Shown piece by piece: positions 23,437-31,656 of a stretch of DNA of 64,000 nucleotides (its first letter is position 1; each line of letters begins with the position of its first letter). This DNA is from Candidatus Thalassarchaeum betae. GTDB lineage: Archaea > Thermoplasmatota > Poseidoniia > Poseidoniales > Thalassarchaeaceae. The notes beneath the pieces were generated by a model. It saw nothing but the letters and a program-made list of their open reading frames with translations, was not told the DNA's origin and did not search any database. The translations under genes and the position numbers were made by a program. The stretch is from positions 37,174 through 101,173 of the forward strand of contig PSPG01000005.1 in NCBI GenBank assembly GCA_003193925.1, read 5' to 3'.

Positions 23437-24546
23437 ATGGATCTGGAGCGTCACGACTTCCAGCTCGACGAGCTCGTCGAGAGAATCAAGGCGAACGACA
23501 ACAGGCTGGTGGCACTGCAGGTCCCCGAGGGCCTCAAGATGCAGGCCCTCGAGATGATGGACACCATCGAGGACGGATCGGGAGCGCAGGTCATCCTGGC
23601 CGCTGACCCGTGCTACGGCGCGTGTGACCTCGTCCACGACAAGATGCGGTCGATGGGCGTCGAGTTGGTGGCCCACATGGGTCACAGCCAGATGAACATC
23701 GACTCTGGCATGCCGACGCACTTCATCCCCGTCACCTACGACGGTGACCCGGAGTTGGCCCCGGCCCTCCCCTTCCTGGAGCGGCATCGGGCAATCGCCC
23801 GATCCCGACTGGACTCGGTAGCGCAGGAAGAGGAGTTGGATGATGCCGCTGCGAAGCAGCGCTTCCTCGATGCGGTCGGGCGCGTGGCCCCCCTGACGGG
23901 CACGAGGCTCGGACTGGTGGGCTCGATACAGCACCTCCACCTCCTGCCCGATTTCAAGGAGAGGCTCGAGAAGGCGGGCTTCGAGGTGGAGATACCGTCG
24001 GGGGGCGAGAGGCTCACTTTCCCCGGTCAGGTGCTCGGATGCAACTACTCGGGGGACGACCCCTCGATCGGTCACTACCTCTTCCTCGGCTCGGGCGACT
24101 TCCACCCCATCGGCCTGGTCCTCCACACCGGCAAGCCCCTCGCCATGCTGGACCCATACAGCGGGGATGCGACCGAGATGTCCTTCGAGCGCATCGAGCG
24201 CATCCTGCGCCAGCGCTTCGGTCTAATAATGGCCGTCGACGGGGCCAAGACGTTCGGCATCCTGATTGGTGAGAAACCGGGGCAGATGCGCCGCAACCTA
24301 GCCATCCGGATGAAGCGGCTTCTCGAGAAGCACGGTCGCAAGGGGTACCTGCTGGCGCTGGACCACATCAGCCCAGACCTCATCGACTTCTACCCGGTTG
24401 ACGCCTTCGTCAACACCGCCTGCCCGCGAATAGCGATCGACGACTCGGTGAAGTACGCCAAGCCGCTCATCACCCCGTACGAGCTCGAGGTCGCGCTCGG
24501 TGAGAAGGAATGGCAGAGCGGATACCAGTTCGACGAGATTCCTTGA
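23437..24546 (+). CDS. dph2: Diphthamide biosynthesis enzyme Dph2
   Basis: LQVPEGLK, CYGACD, HMGHS, GQVLGCN, TACPRIAIDD (three Fe-S Cys ligands). Confidence 0.95.
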   Translation: MDLERHDFQLDELVERIKANDNRLVALQVPEGLKMQALEMMDTIEDGSGAQVILAADPCYGACDLVHDKMRSMGVELVAHMGHSQMNIDSGMPTHFIPVTYDGDPELAPALPFLERHRAIARSRLDSVAQEEELDDAAAKQRFLDAVGRVAPLTGTRLGLVGSIQHLHLLPDFKERLEKAGFEVEIPSGGERLTFPGQVLGCNYSGDDPSIGHYLFLGSGDFHPIGLVLHTGKPLAMLDPYSGDATEMSFERIERILRQRFGLIMAVDGAKTFGILIGEKPGQMRRNLAIRMKRLLEKHGRKGYLLALDHISPDLIDFYPVDAFVNTACPRIAIDDSVKYAKPLITPYELEVALGEKEWQSGYQFDEIP

Positions 24547-24593
24547 GCACGCGCGCGCAGCAGACGGGCGTATGCGTGCGCGCTGCTCCAAAT

Positions 24594-25796
24594 ATGTCTA
24601 ATAACGATGTGAGCACGAGTCGCATGATGGCCGACTACCTCGACAGAATCGGAGCGGGCAAGGTCCTGCTGGACAGAGCGCCGTTCTCGTTCGACTGGAC
24701 CCCGCCCGCTTTGGTCGGCCGCGATACCGAGCTGCGCGAGTTGGCCTCGATGTTCACCGGGATGGAGAGTCACGGGGTCAGCAGCAGGGCCGTGATCACC
24801 GGCCCAGTGGGCTCCGGGAAGACCGTGATGACGCGACGCTTCGGAGAGGACTTGCAGCGCATGCTCGACGGGCGCAGGAAGATCATCCTAGCGCACGTCA
24901 ACTGCCGCAACCACCCGAGCACCTCGCAGGTCCTGCAGCAGATCGTGCTCTCCCTCGACTCCGGTCACCCCGAGCGCGGCTTCAGCTCCGGCGAGATCAT
25001 CCAGTCCATCCGCCGCAACCTGAATGCGCACGACAGTCACCTGCTGCTGGTCCTCGACGAGGTCGATGCCCTGATCCGAAGGGAGAAATCCGACCTCATC
25101 TACAAACTGCTGAGGATCGACGAGGGGCGGGACCAACAGGGCTCCCTCTCGCTGATGCTGGTAAGCCAGGACGTCTCTATGCTGAAGTTGTTCGAGGCCG
25201 CCATCATCTCGCGCCTCGGGGAGAGCAACATCCTGAATCTGCAGCCCTACGACGCGCCTGCGCTGATGGGCATCGCCAGACAGCGCTACGAGGAGGCCTG
25301 CAAGCCTGGCTCAGTGGGCGATGACACTCTGGCCAAGATCGGCAGGTTCGCCGCTGACACCGGAGACGCGCGCCTCGCGATCGAGCTGCTGGAGGCGGCG
25401 ATTCGCCGTGCTGAGAAGGCGGGTAGGGGTGATGTCCTGGTCGAGGACGTGCGGCCCAGCACCCTGCGGGCGGCCTCGGTCGAGCCGAGTCAGGTCGACA
25501 ACCTGAGCAAGCACCAGAAGCTGGTCCTGCTCGGAATCTGCAGGCGCCTGAAGAAGGCCGACGAGATCTCCAGCGGCGACGCCCGGAAGCTGTACAACCT
25601 GGTTTGCGAGGAGTTCGAGGCTAGGCCTCGGAGCTACACCACGTTCTGGAAGCACCTCAAGGCGCTCGAGACCCAAGGGCTGATCGAGACGAGGACGGCG
25701 AACGCATCGGTGGGGAGGGGCAGGACCCAGCACATCACGATGACCAACACCGCACCCGCTGTCCTAGAGAGTCGGATTGAGAAGGAATTCCAATGA
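24594..25796 (+). CDS. cdc6: Orc1/Cdc6 family replication initiator
   Basis: P..LVGRD, Walker A GPVGSGKT, VNC, Walker B VLDEVD, GDARLAI, C-terminal winged helix with GRGRT. Confidence 0.93.
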   Translation: MSNNDVSTSRMMADYLDRIGAGKVLLDRAPFSFDWTPPALVGRDTELRELASMFTGMESHGVSSRAVITGPVGSGKTVMTRRFGEDLQRMLDGRRKIILAHVNCRNHPSTSQVLQQIVLSLDSGHPERGFSSGEIIQSIRRNLNAHDSHLLLVLDEVDALIRREKSDLIYKLLRIDEGRDQQGSLSLMLVSQDVSMLKLFEAAIISRLGESNILNLQPYDAPALMGIARQRYEEACKPGSVGDDTLAKIGRFAADTGDARLAIELLEAAIRRAEKAGRGDVLVEDVRPSTLRAASVEPSQVDNLSKHQKLVLLGICRRLKKADEISSGDARKLYNLVCEEFEARPRSYTTFWKHLKALETQGLIETRTANASVGRGRTQHITMTNTAPAVLESRIEKEFQ

Positions 25797-25802
25797 TGCG
25801 AA

Positions 25803-25819
25803 AAGCGCCGTAGGCGCTT
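25803..25819 (+). terminator. Short hairpin downstream of cdc6
   Basis: AAGCGCC-GTA-GGCGCTT just after the stop codon; no strong U-tract. Confidence 0.3.
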
Positions 25820-25872
25820 CCGAACCGCTCTTATAGGGGCCTTTTGTCGGGAGGCCGTCCGAGGTGACCGAA

Positions 25873-26370
25873 ATGGCAGCAGAGCAGGCCTTCAAGGCAG
25901 TGATCAACGACACTTCGCCATCGTCTGGCGGACGCGCCTTCGGCATCGACATCACCGGCTCGAACTACAATCACTTCCTCGGCAAGAGGATCGGCGACAC
26001 CGTCGACGGCATGTTCGTCGGCGAGGGGGACAAGTCACTCTCCGGCTACAAGCTGGAGATCACCGGCGGCTCTGACCTCACGGGCCGGCCCATGCGCCCC
26101 GAGCTCGCTGGCAGCGGCGTCAAGTCTGTGCTCATCACCGCTGGCATCGGATACAAGGGCAAGCGCTACGTCAAGAAGAGAGGCAAGATCTACCGGTACA
26201 AGTACGACGGTCTTCGCAGGCGACGAAACCTTCGCGGCAACGTGATCAGCCAAGACACCCGCCAGATCAACCTGAAAATCACCGAGGCGGGCAATCGCTC
26301 CCTCGACGCCATCTTCGGCCTCGTCGAGGAGGCCCCCCCTGTCGAGGAGCCCTCTGGAGAAGAGGAGTGA
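25873..26370 (+). CDS. rps6e: 30S ribosomal protein eS6 (S6e)
   Basis: GKRIGD, GYKLEITGGSD..G.PM, G.RRRR..RGN.I, QINLK; SD GAGGTGA before ATG 25873. Confidence 0.95.
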   Translation: MAAEQAFKAVINDTSPSSGGRAFGIDITGSNYNHFLGKRIGDTVDGMFVGEGDKSLSGYKLEITGGSDLTGRPMRPELAGSGVKSVLITAGIGYKGKRYVKKRGKIYRYKYDGLRRRRNLRGNVISQDTRQINLKITEAGNRSLDAIFGLVEEAPPVEEPSGEEE

Positions 26371-26390
26371 ATCGGCGGGAGGGATGAGGA

Positions 26391-27632
26391 CTGGCACAGA
26401 GTCTCCCCCGACAGCCCGAAGTCAACATAGGCATGGTCGGTCACGTCGACCACGGCAAGACTACCCTGACCCAGGCCCTCTCAGGAGTCTGGACAGACAC
26501 TCACTCCGAGGAGAGAAAACGCGGCATAAGCATCAAGCTGGGATATGCGGACACGGCGTTCTACAAAACCGCTGACGGCAGGTTCTACGCCAAGGGCAAA
26601 CACCCCGACGGCAAGGACGACGACGAAGGCGAACTGCTCCGCGTGGTGTCCTTCGTCGACGCCCCGGGCCACGAGACTCTGATGGCAGTGATGATCTCCG
26701 GCGCCTCGATAATGGACGGTGCTATGCTGCTCATCGCGGCCACCGAGAAGTGCCCCCAGTCCCAGACCCGCGAGCATCTGGCAGCGTTGCAGATCGCCGG
26801 CATCGAGAACATCGTAGTGGTGCAGAACAAAATCGACATCGTGACCCGTGAGAGAGCCGTCGAGTCACACGGTGAAATCAAGGGATTCCTCGAGGGAACG
26901 ATAGCCGAAGGCGCTCCGATTATCCCAGTCTCAGCCCACCACGACGTCAACCTCGACATCCTGATCCAAGCCATCGAGGACAGCATCCCGACGCCAGACC
27001 GCTCCTTGGACGAGGGTGGGCTGATGTACGTCGCGCGCTCGTTCGACACCAACCGCCCTGGCTCTAGGCCCGACAAGCTGCAGGGCGGAATCATCGGGGG
27101 CAGCATAGTCGCGGGCTCGTTCAGCGTCGGTGACTCGATCCTGATTGCACCCGGGCGCAGGGTGCAAGGAGGCGGCAAGACCGATTGGGAGCCGATTCGC
27201 ACTACCATCGAGAGTGTCAGAGGGGGTGGACTCGCCCTCGAATCGGTCCACGCGGGAGGGCTTTGCGGCATCGCTACTCCGATGGACCCGGTCTCGACCA
27301 AGGCCGACGAGCTATCCGGCCAAGTGATGGCGCGCGAGGGCGAACTTCCTCCCGTCTGGGAGAAGTTGGACTTGGACCTGGAACTTCTGGAGAACATGGT
27401 CTCAGGGGGCGAGGGCGAGCCGGAGAAGGTCCGCCCGCTTCAGCCCAACGAGATGCTGATGGTCAACTCGGCCACGGCAACCAGCGTCGGAACCGTATCA
27501 TCGATCAAGGGCAGCAAGGCGACTCTGCAACTGCGTCTGCCGATATGCGCCAAGCCCGGCAGCAGAATCACCCTCTCACGACGTGTGGGCTCTCGCTGGA
27601 GACTTATCGGGCACGGCTCGATAGGGGGGTGA
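26391..27632 (+). CDS. eif2g: Translation initiation factor aIF2 subunit gamma (inferred CTG start)
   Basis: QPEVNIGMVGHVDHGKTT, DTHSEE..RGISIKLGYA, DAPGHE, QNKID; conserved QPEVNIG lies upstream of ATG 26433, and the in-frame TGA at 26385 leaves CTG 26391 as the plausible start. Confidence 0.95.
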   Translation: MAQSLPRQPEVNIGMVGHVDHGKTTLTQALSGVWTDTHSEERKRGISIKLGYADTAFYKTADGRFYAKGKHPDGKDDDEGELLRVVSFVDAPGHETLMAVMISGASIMDGAMLLIAATEKCPQSQTREHLAALQIAGIENIVVVQNKIDIVTRERAVESHGEIKGFLEGTIAEGAPIIPVSAHHDVNLDILIQAIEDSIPTPDRSLDEGGLMYVARSFDTNRPGSRPDKLQGGIIGGSIVAGSFSVGDSILIAPGRRVQGGGKTDWEPIRTTIESVRGGGLALESVHAGGLCGIATPMDPVSTKADELSGQVMAREGELPPVWEKLDLDLELLENMVSGGEGEPEKVRPLQPNEMLMVNSATATSVGTVSSIKGSKATLQLRLPICAKPGSRITLSRRVGSRWRLIGHGSIGG

Positions 27633-27636
27633 TTCG

Positions 27637-28005
27637 ATGGTTCGCGTCCTAGTCGACGCGTGCGGATGGGCCGCGATGACGGATGCAGGATTGAATCTGG
27701 ACGAGGGGATGAAGGACGTCGTCGGCGAGGCAGACCTCGTTGTCCTCGATAGCGTGCAGAGTGAGCTTGAGCTGCTGGTGCAGCAAAGGAGGAATCTCCT
27801 GCTCGAGCTCCTCGCAAGGCGCTCCGAGAGGATTCCAGACATCGAAGGAATGAGCCATCCGGACGAGATGCTGGTCCACTTGTCGAGTGCCAACGGCTGG
27901 CCGGTGCTGACGGTCGACCGTCGATTGAAAGAGAAGCTGGTGAACTCCGGGGGCTCGTACATCGAGGTCACCTCGGGTCGGGCCCTGCGGCTGGTCGGCC
28001 TTTAG
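27637..28005 (+). CDS. PIN domain protein
   Basis: VLVDA, ELE, D, LTVDRRL acidic PIN residues; typical archaeal neighbour of aIF2-gamma. Confidence 0.8.
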   Translation: MVRVLVDACGWAAMTDAGLNLDEGMKDVVGEADLVVLDSVQSELELLVQQRRNLLLELLARRSERIPDIEGMSHPDEMLVHLSSANGWPVLTVDRRLKEKLVNSGGSYIEVTSGRALRLVGL

Positions 28006-28295
28006 GGCAGAGTGAACAGCCGGTCGTCCCCATGACCGTCCAGAAGGCCGATTCTTACCGCGGCGTCGAGCCAAGCGTGGGAGTAGTTGATCGCGCCGAA
28101 GGCGCTGACCAAGTCCCCTGACTCCATGAAGTGGCGAGCGTCCGCTGCGTAGTCATCGCACATCCTCATCATCGAAGTCAGTCGCTGCTCGTCTTCAGCA
28201 CCCTGTGCGCATGGAGTGGCTTTGGCTCTAGCCTCGGCGGTGAGAGCAAGGTGCTCTTCGATCTTCTCCCGCGTCACAGTGGCACTGTCGGACAT
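28002..28295 (-). CDS. DUF357 domain protein
   Basis: Y..DA.HF...GD.V.AF.AINY.HAWLDA signature. Confidence 0.88.
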   Translation of the reverse strand: MSDSATVTREKIEEHLALTAEARAKATPCAQGAEDEQRLTSMMRMCDDYAADARHFMESGDLVSAFGAINYSHAWLDAAVRIGLLDGHGDDRLFTLP

Positions 28296-28303
28296 TGGAG
28301 CAC

Positions 28304-30055
28304 CTAGGTCAATTCGAGTTCCAAGGATGCCGCATGACTGAGCTTGAACAGCCTCGTCCTGCCCTGCTTGCGCACCGAGAGCAAACCCGCCCTTCGCAAG
28401 CCGTTGTATATCTGCGACAATCGGGGGCGACCCACCTCGAGGAGCGCCTGCAACTCGGGGTCAGATGGCGAAACCTCACGCTTTCCTGCGGCTGCTAGGA
28501 CCGTGTGTTCCGAATCCGAGAGGCTGGCCGCGCGAGTGCGGTCCAGCGGCTCGTCATCGTCCCACCTGGGTCCCATGATGATCGGTATCTTGGGTGGCAC
28601 CGGGTCTGGCTCGGGCTCGACGAAGACCTCCTCGGGCTGGTCGTTCACCAGAGGCGGGGCCTGCTCGATGTCGAACACCGGCGCAGGAGGCGCCTGCGGC
28701 TCCGCATCCAAGTCGGGTAGCGATGAGCCTAGGCTGGGGTCCACCGTCCAAAGAGCGCCCTCGGCTGCCATCACAGGCTGCTCTTCGCTCGGGGCGACGG
28801 AGGTGTCTGGCTTGGCCTCGGTGACGAACGCAGGCTGTGGTTTCGGCTGCGAGGGAGCCTTGACGGGGATCGGAGTCAGTTGAGGGCGCCTCTCGGCATA
28901 GGTGATCGGAGTCTCGTCGAGGCCCTCTGGCATCGAATCGCTGACCCTGACTGACCTGTTGCGCAAGCCGCTGAATCCGCTGACACTCTGCGGCTGCTCG
29001 GGCGGCTCAGTGCCCTCTTCCATGAGCACGAACGAGTCTAGGGTCTCCTGTTCGCCATGAGTGGTGACGGTTTCTGCGGGAGCGGTCTCCTCGGCCTCGT
29101 CCTCCGAGTCCTCGTCCCAGACGTCTTCAGGGTCGGGGAACTCCTCGGTCTCCTCGTCCCACATGTCATCCGGCTCGACATCCCAGTCATCCTCCTCGGG
29201 TTCCGGCTCCGGCTCAGGCTCTGGGGTGTCGCCCTCTACCAGAAGCTCCTCCTCGGGTTCCTCCTCCACCGTGACGAGTGGTTTCTGCCACCCCACCAGT
29301 CGCTCCAGCGTACCCTGAGAGCCTGCGTCACGCCTCTCGTCGACGAGGTCACGGAGCAGGCGGACCACTTCACGGGGGTTGCCCCCTGTATTGCTGTGGA
29401 TGGCCCTGAGCAGATCCGGCTTGATGTTCCACCTCTCCCTTGCCTTCCTGCGCACCAGATTATCGCTCATTTTCTGTATCTGAGGCGCAGAAAGGCCCTC
29501 AAGACGCTCAGGGGGGTCGAAGATCTCGAGCACCTCCTCGTCTAGGGAAGTCAGTTGCGCGGGCGTGAGGGAGACCACCACCAGCGCCCTCAGACGCTGC
29601 AGAAGCGGTGCCATTCGGGTGAGGAAGTCGTTGATCTGGACGCTGGAGGGGTAGTCCAAGGCAATCAGCGGCAGGGGACCCGTGCCCTGCTCTAGAGTCT
29701 CGATCAACTGCTCGCAGAGCTGTCCGATGGAAGGAGGCACGTCGTATCCGACGAAGTTGATGGCAATCTCGTGCATGACGGAGTTCACCGGATCCTCTTC
29801 GGGCCAGTACTGGCCGACGAACTTCTTGTTCACCTGAGACGACAGGGCGTTGATCAGCGAAGTACGGCCACTGCCTCTCTCCCCGACCAAGAGTATCAAC
29901 CGGGGAGATTCAGAGATGACATGCTCGCGCAATCTGGTAAGAAGGGAATCTCGCCCCACTATGTCCTGAGCCCGCGTGGACTCAATAGGTCGGAGTTCGA
30001 AGGGGTTGCCCCTCAGAGGAGGTAGGTCGAGCAGAGAAACTGCTGCTCCATCCAT
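28304..30055 (-). CDS. AAA-type P-loop protein with acidic/Pro-rich linker and C-terminal winged helix
   Basis: NPF..IVGR, variant Walker A GERGSGRT, TGGNPRE motif; acidic linker; C-terminal RLSQIYNGLRRAGLLSVRKQGRTRLFKL; start 30055 or 30079. Confidence 0.75.
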   Translation of the reverse strand: MDGAAVSLLDLPPLRGNPFELRPIESTRAQDIVGRDSLLTRLREHVISESPRLILLVGERGSGRTSLINALSSQVNKKFVGQYWPEEDPVNSVMHEIAINFVGYDVPPSIGQLCEQLIETLEQGTGPLPLIALDYPSSVQINDFLTRMAPLLQRLRALVVVSLTPAQLTSLDEEVLEIFDPPERLEGLSAPQIQKMSDNLVRRKARERWNIKPDLLRAIHSNTGGNPREVVRLLRDLVDERRDAGSQGTLERLVGWQKPLVTVEEEPEEELLVEGDTPEPEPEPEPEEDDWDVEPDDMWDEETEEFPDPEDVWDEDSEDEAEETAPAETVTTHGEQETLDSFVLMEEGTEPPEQPQSVSGFSGLRNRSVRVSDSMPEGLDETPITYAERRPQLTPIPVKAPSQPKPQPAFVTEAKPDTSVAPSEEQPVMAAEGALWTVDPSLGSSLPDLDAEPQAPPAPVFDIEQAPPLVNDQPEEVFVEPEPDPVPPKIPIIMGPRWDDDEPLDRTRAASLSDSEHTVLAAAGKREVSPSDPELQALLEVGRPRLSQIYNGLRRAGLLSVRKQGRTRLFKLSHAASLELELT

Positions 30056-30087
30056 TGCTCGAGCAGCGATTTTTCTCATTCTTAATA

Positions 30088-30258
30088 TTCACGCATTTTC
30101 ACGCTTCCCAGAGGGCGATTTAACGCATTAAAGCGATTTTCCGAGAGGTCTTGGTGATGCTACTGCCTCCAGTACATCGATTGAAAACAAGTCCGTTAAC
30201 GCTTTTCTAACGCTTTTTCGATGCGTTAACGATGCGTTAATGGCCAAATTAACGCTTT
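30088..30258. repeat. Array of eight TT(A/C)ACGC(A/T)T-type boxes in an AT-rich intergenic region
   Basis: Forward copies at 30088, 30098, 30120, 30196, 30207 (CTAACGC) and 30249; reverse copies at 30221-30230 and 30232-30241; hand count ~41% GC over 30071-30260. Confidence 0.85.
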
Positions 30259-30360
30259 TTTCGGAGTCGTCTCGCGACCTTCCAAGGGCCCTCATGAGGT
30301 GTTTAGGCATCATATCACAAAATGTTAGAAGCCGGGCTCACCGAGCCTCAACCGACACGC

Positions 30361-31656
30361 ATGCCAGTAGACAGCAGCCGCTTGGAGGGATTCTACAGGC
30401 TCTCGGTTTCTGAACGCCGGGAGAAGTTGGCGGAGATAGCCGGCCTCAGCCCGGAGCAGGTGGAAGCCTGGTCATCCACAGGAGAACTGTCCGAGGACGC
30501 TGCAGACAGGATGATCGAGAATGTCATCGGAACCTACTCCCTGCCGATTGGGGTTGCGACGAACTTCATCATCGACAATGAGCACTACCTGATCCCATTT
30601 GTTCTCGAGGAGCCGAGCGTCGTGGCAGCCGCCAGCAACATGGCGAAGCGCTGCCACGCCAAAGGAGGATTCACATCGAACAACGACGAGCCGGTGATGA
30701 TCGGGCAGATCCAGGTCGTCGGATGCGAGAATCCAGAGGATGCGAGGGACTCAATCATGGCCGCGAAGGCCGATTTAGTCGATTCTTGCAACGAAGTTGA
30801 CCCGATCCTGGTCAAATTCGGGGGCGGATGCAGGGATGTCCAAGCCAGAATCATAGAAACCGAGTCCGGACCCATGGTAATAGTGCACATTCTGGTGGAT
30901 TGCAGGGACGCTATGGGTGCGAATGCCGTCAACACGATGGCCGAGACGATAGCTCCGAAAGTGGAGGAAATCACCGGTGGGACGGTCATACTGCGAATAA
31001 TCAGCAACCTCGCTGTTCACAGGTTAGCGCGGGTGAGCGCGGTCTTCACACCAGCTGAGCTGGCGGACAAGGGCGACGCTAGTCAGGGCTCCGAAGTCAT
31101 AGAAGGGGTACTGCAAGCCTATCACTTCGCCAAGGCTGATCCGTTCCGCGCCACGACCCATAACAAGGGCATAATGAACGCGATATCACCCATAGCCATC
31201 GCATGCGGGCAGGACTGGAGGGCTGTCGAGTCCGGTGCCCACAGCTTCGCATCGCACGAGAGGACGTACGGCTCACTGACCCACTGGGAGAAGGACCCCG
31301 ATGGCAATCTGGTCGGCTCGATAGAGCTGCCCATGGCAGTGGGGCTGGTCGGCGGTGCCGTTCGGGTCCACCCAGCCGCACAGGCCAACGTAGCCCTGCT
31401 GGGCATCTCATCGGCCAACGACCTAGCGAAGGTCATGGCCGCAGCTGGACTGGCTCAGAACCTCGGTGCCCTGCGTGCCCTCGCTACCGTGGGCATCCAG
31501 GTCGGCCACATGAAGCTCCACGTGCGCAACATGGCCGTCACGGCCGGGGCCGAGGGCGGAGAGGTCGACATCGTGGCAGCCCGGATACGGGCGCACGGTG
31601 GCAGGATAACGCAGAAGGCGGTCGAAGAGGAGCTCGCGAAACTCAGGTCGGAGTAA
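30361..31656 (+). CDS. mvaA: Hydroxymethylglutaryl-CoA reductase, class II (bacterial type)
   Basis: DSSRLEGFY, ENVIG, EEPSVVAAAS, DAMGANAVN, ILRIISNL, THNKGIMN, GHMKLH. Confidence 0.95.
   Translation: MPVDSSRLEGFYRLSVSERREKLAEIAGLSPEQVEAWSSTGELSEDAADRMIENVIGTYSLPIGVATNFIIDNEHYLIPFVLEEPSVVAAASNMAKRCHAKGGFTSNNDEPVMIGQIQVVGCENPEDARDSIMAAKADLVDSCNEVDPILVKFGGGCRDVQARIIETESGPMVIVHILVDCRDAMGANAVNTMAETIAPKVEEITGGTVILRIISNLAVHRLARVSAVFTPAELADKGDASQGSEVIEGVLQAYHFAKADPFRATTHNKGIMNAISPIAIACGQDWRAVESGAHSFASHERTYGSLTHWEKDPDGNLVGSIELPMAVGLVGGAVRVHPAAQANVALLGISSANDLAKVMAAAGLAQNLGALRALATVGIQVGHMKLHVRNMAVTAGAEGGEVDIVAARIRAHGGRITQKAVEEELAKLRSE

Noticed and set aside
24546-25873. Canonical ORB-containing origin flanking cdc6
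   Set aside because: The flanking gaps are under 80 bp and show no TCCA..GAAAC/G-string elements.
26384-26575. aIF2-gamma as a pseudogene or programmed frameshift from ATG 26384
   Set aside because: The gene is essential and otherwise intact; ATG 26384 has no spacing from the SD, whereas in-frame CTG gives a normal N-terminus. A sequencing indel cannot be excluded.
29195-29225. (EP)n hexamer-like repeat as a contingency locus
   Set aside because: Codons vary synonymously, so it is a protein-level low-complexity linker rather than a slippage tract.
30166-30192. Mini-ORB-like CTCCAGT...TTGAAAAC in the array spacer
   Set aside because: The match is weak, single, has wrong internal spacing and lacks a G-string.
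30088-30258. Repeat cluster as a CRISPR array
   Set aside because: Units are only 7-10 bp, in mixed orientation, with irregular short spacers and no cas genes.
30128-30313. 61-aa minus-strand ORF across the box array
   Set aside because: Atypical composition; the sequence is better explained as DNA repeats.
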